Shown piece by piece: positions 53,437 through 64,000 of a stretch of DNA of 64,000 nt. A program made the translations under genes and the position numbers. The stretch is from Octopus sinensis. Lineage: Eukaryota. Below the pieces are notes generated by a model. The model was not told the origin of the DNA, did not search any database, and worked only from the letters and a program-made list of their open reading frames with translations. Each line of letters opens with the position of its first letter. The first letter of the stretch is position 1. Location of the stretch: assembly GCF_006345805.1 (NCBI RefSeq), contig NC_043008.1, positions 38,378,001 to 38,442,000 on the forward strand, in the 5' to 3' direction.

Positions 53437-53843
53437 CCTTTTATTTGTTTCAGTCGTTTGATTGTGGCCATGCTGGAGCACTACCTTTTAGTTGAAGAAA
53501 TCGACCCTAGGACTTCCTCTTTGTAAGCCTGGTACTTGTTATATCGGTATCTTTTGATGAACCACTAAATTACAGAAATGCAAACATACCAACATCAGTT
53601 GTCAAGCGATGGTGGGAGGACAAACACAGACACAAAGACACACATAAATATATACATATAAACATATATCTATATATACACACACAATAGGCTTCTTTCA
53701 GTTTCCATCTACTAAATCCACTCACAAGGCTTTGGGTGGCAAGAGGCTATATTAGAAAACAATTGCCCAAGGAGCTGTAAAGTGGGACTGAAACCAGAAC
53801 CTTGTGGTTGGGTAGGAAGCTTCTTACCACACAGCCATATCTG
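53437..53843 (-). mobile_element. Family-A SINE
   Basis: Reverse complement of 24172-24593. Confidence 0.88.
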
Positions 53844-54492
53844 CTTCTATTATTTTGTAGTATAAAGTAATTTTATTTCCTCATTTGACAGAAAATAATC
53901 AACCGGCCTTTACTTTCAAAAACCAGGTTAATAACATTTGCTACTCCTGAATATATTTTCAAAAATAGTTCTCGAATCACTCTGTCTGCACAATCTGGTC
54001 ACTGCTGAAGGCCTTTAAAAGTCTTTCAAAGCATATTTCATATTCACTCATTTTCTCGCTAAGAGAAATATCAAAAGCTTGCATAAAGGTTTTTGCATAT
54101 ATTTTAAAGCTGATATGTAAAGTATGTTCAGTTGTTAATGGAGTGTCAAAGTAATCTGTACATTATTGTATAATAAATAATATCACAGCAGAGATTATAG
54201 AAAGTGAGAAGCTTGTATATAAATATATTAGATTCATGAGCGAAATTTGATTTTCCACCGAGAAATGAATTATAATAATATGCATTCATTATTATGCATA
54301 TGTGTGTGTGTAAGTGTATGTGTATTATGTATGTATGTATTTGTGTATAGGTAGACATACACAGGCATACATACAGACCTACATTTATTTATATTATATA
54401 TACACATGTACATATACATATATAATCTAGAAAGATGTGTATATACATACACACACACATGTATACACATGATCTCATGATCTAGAAAGGTG

Positions 54493-54531
<39 letters not shown>

Positions 54532-55444
54532 ATAATATATAGTTTACTTTTCCATTAAGGTAAGAATAACAAAAAAGTACCACATCCGAAGAGAGATGAA
54601 TATTGCTTAATGTGCACAGTATATATATTCATGAGCAGCTAATAGTTTCATACTTTGGAGATGTTGTCTAGGCAGGTTTTAATATTATGCCTAGTATCTC
54701 AAAGCAGTCTTCCAGCTCTGAGCACGAGGCATATACAAATTGCTAATCAGGACAATACAATAAAAATGTCTTGAGAAAAAATGCAAGGAAAGTGGACATG
54801 AGATATGGAAGGGTGAAAAAAAAATGGAAAAAGGGAAGAAAGAATGAGAGTTATGTATCCTGTGACAGTAAATCCATAAAACTATTTGGGGCAGAATCAA
54901 TGGAAGGTACCTAAAGTCTGTGATGCCGCTGCCCAGTCTAGAGCATACATATATACATACATGTACACATGCATAGATATATGTATAAAAGGAAGATGCA
55001 TTCCTGGGACTTATAAAGATCCTTGTTACACCATCCAACCCATGCCAGCACAGAACATGGATAGATGTTAAATGCTGCTGCTGCTGATGATGATGATAAT
55101 GATGACGATGATGATGATAATCTTGATGATGATGATGGTGGTGGTGACAGTGGTGGCAATGGTACTAATGAGGATGATGACGATGACAACAAGGAGGATA
55201 TGTATGCATCTATGCACACATTTATTTCCATAACTGCATTCATATGTACATGCTGAAACACATGTGTCTCTGTCTCTCCCTAGATTCACATGTACATGTA
55301 TGCAAGTCTGGGATTGTACATGCATATATACATGCAAGCATCATATCACTCAGATTTTCTGCACATCTGTCTTTAAGAATTAGTTATCTATATATATATG
55401 CTAACATACCTTCATATAGGTTTATGTGTAGGTGTAGGCATGTA

Positions 55445-56537
55445 CTTGTCTGATCAATAAGTATCCGGACTGTTGCCTTAGTAACAAAGCTAAAGAATGC
55501 AGACTAAAGCCGCTTGGCACAGATTGATCATGAACTCTGCTGTACATGCTCACTACGTTTTAGCATTCTAGCTCAGTTCTGCTGTTTACAGCAGTGCTTG
55601 GAAGTAACATGTGTAGCGTGTGATTGTTGCATTGACCAAAACAGAGAAAATTGAGCAGAGGATCTGCATCAAATTTTGCCAAAAGCTGGGCAATACCTAT
55701 TTCTTTATTACCCACAAGGGGCTAAACACAGAGGGGACAAACAAGGACAGACATAGGTATTAAGTCGATTACATCGACCCCAGTGCTTAACTGGTACATA
55801 ATTTATCGACTCCGAAAGGATGAAAGGCAAAGTTGACGTCGGCGGAATTTGAACTCACAACGTAATGCAGACGAAATACTGCTAAGCATTTCGCCCGGTG
55901 TGCTAACGTTTCTGCCAGCTGGGCGATACCTGCTCAGAGGTCTACGCAAAGTTTTCAAAAAGTTTCAATTGTTCTTGACACAATCATGGAGATCTTGTAC
56001 AACAGAAACCCAAATGTCCTTTTGGTCAGCCGCAAACAGTTTTTGGCACAAACTTGACAGAAATGCATCTCATGACCGATTCTTCAGTAATAAGGTACTG
56101 AACTGTAACTAATCTGCACATACTCAGATAACTCAGTAATTCGATGATTTCCCCTCAGAGCTATAAGCATATCTGCGATGTGTTTCTCAGTTCTGCTGGT
56201 TGCAGGCCACCTAGAACGCTTGTCAATATCGACATTTTTTCCATCTATCTTGAAAACATCTGAACCACTCATACACTTGTGTGTAGCTTATATACACTCT
56301 TCTCCATACACTTTCTGCAACTTACATAGGCCTTTCTCTGTCATGGTCAAAGTGACAATCACACATTACACATGTTACTTCCAAGCACTGCTGTAAACAG
56401 CAAAAGTGAGCTAGAATAAAACGTAGTGCACATGCACAGCAAAGGTCAAGGTCAATCCGTGCTGAGTAGTTTCAGTCTGATTGCCTAAGCTTCGTTACTA
56501 TGGCAACAGTCCGGATACTTATTGATCAGACCACATA
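55445..56537. mobile_element. Non-autonomous fold-back mariner made of two inverted 5' ends
   Basis: ~45-bp TIRs GTCTGATCAATAAGTATCCGGACTGTTGCC at 55448 and inverted at ~56488-56531, TA outside; both arms carry the 5' UTR and a transposase N-terminus. Confidence 0.88.
55699..55920 (-). mobile_element. Family-B SINE inserted in the mariner, 15-bp TSD
   Basis: AGCTGGGCAATACCT (55684-55698) and AGCTGGGCGATACCT (55917-55931). Confidence 0.93.
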
Positions 56538-56914
56538 TATGTATGTATGTATGTGTGGCCATATTAATAGATTCATGGTTGTGTTACCATATATTTATTT
56601 TTTATGCATGTGAATGTGTGTGTGTGTGTGTATGTATGTGTATATTTATGTGACTATGTGTCTGTGTCTACACGTTTACATTCATATATAACAACAAGTA
56701 TGCATGAAAACCAGAAAGATAGACATCTGTAGGTATATCCTTTTACTGACTGGTTATAAATATAATTAGCTTATTGATTAACATTTGCATAAAATAATTT
56801 CATTGTAACATTTTTCAAACTGTAGAAAATATACATAAATTATTAAACTTCTACACTGTACACATGTACATCTGTATATGCATATATATATGTATATATA
56901 TATATCATCATCAT

Positions 56915-57208
56915 CACGTGAGCGACCAGTCCATCAGATGTAGTTACACATTGCTGGTCACAATGCTTTCGCATTGTTTTAGCCTTCGAATGATGCCACC
57001 CCGTTGGCTAGGCGAGCAAGCCAACAGAAGAAGGAGTGGGAGAAAGAGTGGTGAAAGAGTACATCAGGGATCACCACCCCCTGCCAGAGCCTCGTGGAGC
57101 TTTTAGGTGTTTTCGCTCAATAAACACTCACATCGCCCAGTCTGGGAATCAAAACCGCGATCCTACGACCGCGAGTCCGCTGCCCTAACCACTAGGCCAT
57201 TGCGCCTC

Positions 57209-57211
<3 letters not shown>
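56915..57211 (-). mobile_element. tRNA SINE with the family-E head and a different 3' tail
   Basis: 57022-57211 is the reverse complement of 48291-48490; 56915-57021 is unrelated to the family-E tail; (CAT)n tail side. Confidence 0.88.
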
Positions 57212-57256
<45 letters not shown>

Positions 57257-57319
57257 TATATATATATGTATATATACACACATATATATATGTATGTATG
57301 TATGTAGTATGTATGTATG

Positions 57320-57625
57320 CATCATCATTGTTTAATGTCCATTGTCCATGCTGACATAAGTTGGTTGTTGTGACCAGATCTGGCATGCTGCACCAGATGC
57401 CAGTCTGTTGTGATGTGGTTTCTTTGGCTGGATGTTCTTCCTAATGTCAACCACTTTACAGAGTGTGCTGGGTGCTTTTATGTGACACCACACAGGTGCT
57501 TTTACACGGCACTGCACAGGCACTTTTAAGTGGTGTCACACAGGTGCTTTCACATGGCATCACATAGCTACTTCTACATGGCACTACATGGGCGATTTTA
57601 CATGGCACCTCACAAGCACTTTTCA

Positions 57626-57630
<5 letters not shown>
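57320..57630 (-). mobile_element. RTE-type 3' tail repeat containing a 24-bp minisatellite
   Basis: TTTAATGTCCATTGTCCATGCTG...GGCTGGATGTTCTTCCTAATG; 24-bp period from 57471. Confidence 0.8.
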
Positions 57631-57679
<49 letters not shown>

Positions 57680-57745
57680 GAGAGAGAGAGCGAGAGAGAG
57701 TGAGAGAGAGAGATACATACATACATACATAAACGACACATAGAT

Positions 57746-57776
<31 letters not shown>

Positions 57777-57889
57777 TAGACTGATAGACAGATAGATAGA
57801 TATACATTATAAACATGTATATACATATATATACATACATAAACATACACAAACTTATGTATATACAAATTTATATTTCTCATAGGTGA

Positions 57890-58390
57890 AAGTGTGGATG
57901 TGTGGTAAGAAGTTTGCTTTGGGGTTCTGTCCTACTGCAGGGAATCTTGGGCAAGAGTCTTCTACTATAGCATCAGGCTGACCGAAGACAGAAACTGAAA
58001 GAAGCTTGTCATATATCTATCTATGTATGTATGTATGTATGTATGTATGTATGTATGTATGTATGTATGTATGTATGTATGCATGTATGTATGTATGTAT
58101 GTGTGTATGTGTGTATATGTGAGCATATGTGTGTACATGTTTACATTCATCTACTTAAACAAGTGTGTATGAAAACATGCATGTATGTGTGTGTGTTTGT
58201 GTGTCGCTGTGTCAGTGTTTGGACCTCACCACTGCATGATAACTGGTACTGGTGTGTTTACATAACTTAGCAATTCGGCAAAATAGACCAATAAAATAAG
58301 TACTAGAGTTAGAAAAATAATATATACAGGGGTCAATTTGTTTGACTACAATTCTATAAGGCAGTGCTCCCACTGAAACAAACAAAAGAC
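57890..58390 (+). mobile_element. Decayed family-A SINE with expanded internal (ATGT)n
   Basis: Head GTGTGGTAAGAAGTTTGC...CTTGGGCAAGAGTCTTCT; tail GGGGTCAATTTGTTTGACTA...GCAGTGCTCC. Confidence 0.75.
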
Positions 58391-58480
58391 AAAAGATACA
58401 TACACACACATGTACACAAACATTTACAGATACATATGTATATATATACATGTGTGTATGCGCACATGTATATATATATA

Positions 58481-58520
<40 letters not shown>

Positions 58521-58561
58521 TATATATATTATATATATACATATATATATATATATAATAT

Positions 58562-58624
<63 letters not shown>

Positions 58625-59359
58625 ATATACACACACACATACACACATACATGCACACATACACACAAACACACACACATATATATATAGAAAGAGAGAA
58701 AGAAAGATGATAGAAAGAGCAAGAGAAGAGATAAAGATGGATAGGGAATGGGCCCCCCTGCTTGAATCCAAGCAAAAAAAAATGTACAAGGTTATGATCA
58801 CAATGGCAATGATAATGATGATGATGATGTTGACGACGAAAACAATGATGATAAAAAAGAACAAGACTAACAACAACAACAATAACAACAGCAACAGCAA
58901 CAGCTATTACCACAACAACGATCAAAACAGCAAGATGCAAGTAACAAATAAGAAGAAAAGAACATTAAAAAAAATAAAGAAAAATATAAATAAATCAATG
59001 ATTATTTTTATTTTCTTCCTGGTTAATGGTATTTTTTTTTTCTATTTACATACACGTTTCTTAAGAATGATTGTTTTCTGTATATGCAATTAATTATGTA
59101 GCTAAATGTCATCATACCCTTATCTCTATAAACATTAATTCTGTCGAATACATTGATTTCCATAATTTAGCAAGTTCCAAATTAAATTAGTCTGCTATAG
59201 GAATATTAATGATTTTGTTTTTCACATTATACCGTTCAATGTTTTGGATTTTCTGCTTATTCATTTTTGAAGAAAGAATTTTGCTCTCTTTCATTTTAGA
59301 AAAATCTTTGCTGCTGAACATCAAGAATAACATTTTTTGAAGAAAAGTAGCTTTATACA

Positions 59360-59730
59360 CACAGACACAGACACACACACACACACACACACACACACAA
59401 CACACACACACAAAAATGTATATGACTATAGAAACATGGAAACTTGGATATGTACATGAAACCATGTGCATGTGTGTGTGTAAGTATGTGTGTGTGTGTA
59501 AGTGTGTGTGTGTGTAAGTTTGTGTATGTGTGTGTATAAGTGTGTGTAAGTATGTGTGTGTGTAAGTTTGTGTAAGTGTGTGTGTGTGTAAGTATGTGTG
59601 TTTGTGTAATTGTGTGTGTGTGTGTAAGTATGTATGTGCATGTGTGTGTAAGTATGTATGTGCATGTGTGTGTAAGTGTGTGTGTGTGTGTGTGTGTGTG
59701 TGTTTAAGTTTGTGTGTGTAAGTGTGTGTA
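59360..59730. repeat. (AC)n plus degenerate (TG)nTAAG minisatellite-like array
   Basis: Recurrent TGTGTGTAAG units. Confidence 0.85.
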
Positions 59731-62467
59731 TGTGTTTCAACTACAGCTACCAAATTTACTCAGAAGGCTTTGGTCTGTTCAGCGCTATAGTAGAAAGTGC
59801 CACACAGTGGCTGAAATCAATCATGTGATCGGGAAGTGGGCTTATGATCTACATTGTCATTTATCTGCCTATATACACACATATGCACACACACACACAC
59901 ACATTCATTTCACTCCAGTTTTATTCCAAATTTCACTGACAAAAGATAAAAATTATTTTATTTTTGTTACAAAATGTTATTCTCTCCCTAATTAGGACAT
60001 ATCTCTCATGTCTTTGAGAATGAGAAAAACAGAATATCAAGCAAATATATCACAAATAAATACAACAGAAATATAGATATGTAGGTAGGTCTAACCTAGT
60101 TGATCAACTGAACATAGATCAGATCTAATGTCTACATAACAACACCAGAAGAAAGAAATACTACATATGTCCCAAAGGATTCTTAAACAGTTATTCAGTC
60201 TTGGTTTCAAGGCATTAATCTAATAATATTTAAATTATCACTTGTGACATTCCTAGAAAATCTGGTTCATCTGAGTAAACTTCTATGCACATACTTAATT
60301 TGAAATATCATGAAAGAGAAAATATAAAGTTCTATGTTTTTTTATTTGTGGCGGGGGGGGGGTTGTATATTAGCAATTTTTGGTTTCTGTAACAAACACA
60401 GACTGAAGCAACTGTATTGATGAAAATATCCGTTGAAGCATTCATAATTATTCATAAGATCTCTGTAATTAGATTTGCTTTCTTGTGAATGAAAGATACG
60501 AAAATGAAAACACACTCACACACACAAACAAAAAATAAATAATATTATTTTAGTGGCAAAATAGCAAAGGAAACCTATAAACATTTTCTATAAAGATTAA
60601 CGTTCAAATTTTAAACTGTGTCTTGTAAACTGTCAGAAGTTTTGCCTTTTATTTTATTTTATTTTATTTTATTTTATTTATATATTTTTGTTTTTCATTT
60701 GTTGGGTCACCCCCTTCCTTCTTTATTCACTTAATTGAATAACACTTTAATGCTTGTGTGAAATGCATTATCATGGTATATATTAAATATCAAACAACTT
60801 TTTAGAAATATTGGCAAAAAAAACAGCAACAACAAAAAACAACAATGCCATGGTGTCAGTTATAACTTTCAAATTTTTCAAAGAATTTCATATTTTTTTC
60901 AAAGTGGTTTAAAAAGAATAAAAACCTTAAATGTAAGTCATAGATTTTCCTCCTTGGGCACTTACTTTTATTTCACAGTACTAGTCAGCTTTATCAGGAA
61001 TTATGAAATTTTAACCAAACATTTAACATGGTTATCTCACCCTGGTTATCACATAACACTTCATTCATTAAGAGAAAGAAAGAATAAGTGGGCAAGACTT
61101 AAATTCAAATTTCTGCTTTTCAGAACTCAAATATTTCAAAGCAAGCTTTATTTCAAACACTTAGCTTGCCTTATACATTGATAGAAAGAATCAATGATTT
61201 TTCTTTCCCCACACTCTCTCTGTCACTCTGTCTGTCTGGCAATCTCTCAAAATACATATTAGTATACATATGTGTGTGTGTATATATGTGTATGCATATG
61301 TGTACATGTACATATACATATATATATATGTGTGTGTGTGTGTACATGTATGCATGCACATAGATTAAAATTTGTTTTTATGTATAAAAACTGCAGAACA
61401 TTCGATTAAAGGTTAGGTGTGATGTAATAGTCTATTTTTGTACAAGAGAGAGACAAGTAGTTTTGTAGCCCAAAAATACTATAAAACTACATTATTCTTC
61501 CAGAAATTTTGTAAGAATTGGAAAACCCAAGTCATTTACACTCTGATGAAAACTACATTTTGAAGCAACTGTCAATTTTTTCCCTGTAAGAAATATGCAT
61601 AATAGATACATACATACATACATGATGGCTGCCCCCTCGTTATTGAGTATGGCCATTGCACGAAGCTTAACTGTTATTGATGCTGTGATCGAATGTGACT
61701 TTTTAGCCCAGCTAAAGATCTACAATGTCTTGTACAGAATTGGCAGCTAAAACCTTTACCGGTAATAGCCGACTGTAGTTGTAACTGGGCTTCATGTACC
61801 TTTGCATGTCATTTAAGTCCTCCTGCCGAATTACACTCTCTTCTACATGCCTGACAGATATGATTAGTATGGTGTTTTACACCACCACCAGTGGCCAGGT
61901 TGTCACTCATCTGTCTCACTTTATGACTATGAAGATGACTCTTGGGTCTATACATACATACAATACATACACAGGTATATATCATGTATTTATATTTGTA
62001 ATGGTAGATAATCTAATTAGAATGAAATTATTTTATATTTTTTCATGTGGTATTACTTCTGCATAATTAATCATTTTATTTTATTTAACTGATGCAAAAT
62101 GTGGATTCATAAATTTCTTTCTCTACCCTCTATTCTCTCTCTCTCTCTCCCTCTATCTATCTCTCTATTTCTCTCTCTCATCACACTTTGCATTTGATGG
62201 CATTATTTCAGAGGAATCATTTATATAATCTTTTAAAGGATTTACTTTCTGGATCTGGTAAAAGACAAAATTAAAATAAAATCTCATTCATCAAAGAACA
62301 ATATTACTATTATGTTTTTGTTGCCTTGAAGGATACAAAAATATTGCCATAGAATGAGTTTAAAAATCTGAATGGTATTTTTTATATCATTGTTGTTCAT
62401 ATATGTATGAATGTGGGTATATATAGATATATTCATACAAACATACATACTTATATACGTGTGTGTG

Positions 62468-62507
<40 letters not shown>

Positions 62508-62739
62508 CACGCGCGCATGCATATATGTATACATGTATGTATATGTACATATATATGTGTATGTGTATATATATGTATGTATGTATGTACATGTTTCCAT
62601 GTTCTGTCTTTTCCATCACTTCAAAATCAGAAGCCCTGCAAAGGCCATGGGTGCAGAGCCTTTCTCCAAATCAAAACATGAAAAAAAGGATGCTATGCAA
62701 CAGAAACTGTTAAACTACTTCTAGTAAGCTTCTTGACAA

Positions 62740-62945
62740 TTATAAGATTTCATTTCCTTGGCGCTTTGTGCCATTTCACCAAATTCGAAACTGACAATAT
62801 CTTCATCCAGATTCTTTCACAAATAAACAGTCTTTCAACAGTTGTAGTTTTTATCCTTGAACTGCCAGCCTTTGGAACTCTCTTCCATCTCTTTGAGTCT
62901 AAAGAAAATTCATTCCTTTCATATTAATTCCTCCTTCTTAATATA
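62740..62945 (+). mobile_element. Decayed CR1/L2-group LINE ORF2 C-terminal fragment
   Basis: 62846-62887 encodes SFYP*TASLWNSLP (cf. SFFPRTxxLWNSLP), preceded by YLHP. Confidence 0.55.
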
Positions 62946-63129
62946 CCCCGACACTAAATGACTGTTCACCTTGCTTATGACTTTCATATAATGGTAGAAA
63001 CAAAAAACAACCAATTACACTTGTGTACTTACATATGAAATCTTTTTTCTCCCTGAGCAAGTGTGAAATTTAACAGCACCAATTGTAAACACAGAGTTTT
63101 ATTTTGGGTACACCTTTCCTTTTTTTCTT

Positions 63130-63291
63130 TTACTTTCTTTTACAGTCATTTGAGAGCAGCCATGCTGGAGCACTGCCTTTAGTCGAACAAATCAACTCTA
63201 GGGCTTATTTTCTGTAAGCCTAGTACTCATTCTATCAGTCTCTTTTGCATAGTGGGGGGTCAAACACAGACGCACAAACACACACTCACAC

Positions 63292-63388
<97 letters not shown>

Positions 63389-63543
63389 CAATGGGCTTTT
63401 TCAATTTCTGACTATCAAATCCACTCACAAGGCTTTGGTCAGCCCAAGGCTACAGCAGAAGACATTTGCCCAAGGTGCTATGTGTTGGGACTGAACCCAG
63501 AACCATGTGGTTTGGAAGTAAGCTTCTTACCACACAGCCATGC
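63130..63543 (-). mobile_element. Family-A SINE with long internal (CA)n
   Basis: Reverse complement of 24172-24593. Confidence 0.88.
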
Positions 63544-64000
63544 CATGGCAAAAGACCTCAAATTTTGCCAGGAGAGAATTGTTTATTATATGAATCCCAG
63601 TTCTTGTACATGTGGTTTAGAATTAGATTGACTACAATCACATCAAAACCAAATACATGGCCTTGAAGATTAATATTTCTTAATAACCATTCCATAAGGA
63701 GTGACACTGCCCAATGGCAACCAATAAATATTTATGTATCACAATATCTGTTTATTAAATTCTATTCCTACTTACTTTGTATTTACATTACAAAAACATT
63801 CTCCTCAAAGTCATATTTTTGTATATCATAATCTGAAGGAGTTTGTGGTCAAAAGAATGAATAGTCACTAATTACCATATCCATTACATTTCGTTTTATT
63901 ACCTTTGGGGGTTGAAAGTTAGCTTATAACAACACAACATAATTTCAATTTCTCTGCACTACCAGCAGGAGGAAAAAAATGTTTGAACAAATCTTGAGTA

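Noticed and set aside
57471-57629. CRISPR-like array
   Set aside because: Units are contiguous with no unique spacers, eukaryotic context, no cas genes.

Overview
AT-rich, microsatellite-saturated animal DNA. The repeat content looks like an octopus (coleoid cephalopod) large intron or intergenic region; the species call is inference from repeat style, not a database match. I could not identify a host protein-coding gene, rRNA, true tRNA or CRISPR array. The supplied ORFs are almost all read-throughs of simple repeats, and the few protein-like ones belong to decayed transposons. Supported content: several tRNA-derived SINE families; decayed mariner and maT-type transposase fragments; 3' ends of RTE, R4/Dong-like and CR1/L2-like LINEs; a TTAA-flanked piggyBac-type MITE; long palindromes; and short Penelope-like terminal repeats carrying minimal type I hammerhead ribozyme (HHR) motifs. 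Best leads: (1) a tRNA-headed SINE-like unit fused to an HHR in a head-to-head inversion (1293-1634); (2) five HHR motifs whose stem I covaries between copies; (3) a fold-back mariner built from two 5' ends joined at a 7-nt microhomology (55445-56537); (4) minus-strand splice signals (one AG|GT recursive-splice-like site and several microexon candidates) hinting at a long host gene on the minus strand. The microexon leads are only modestly above chance and need RNA-seq. Coordinates were counted by hand; edges of decayed repeats are approximate.
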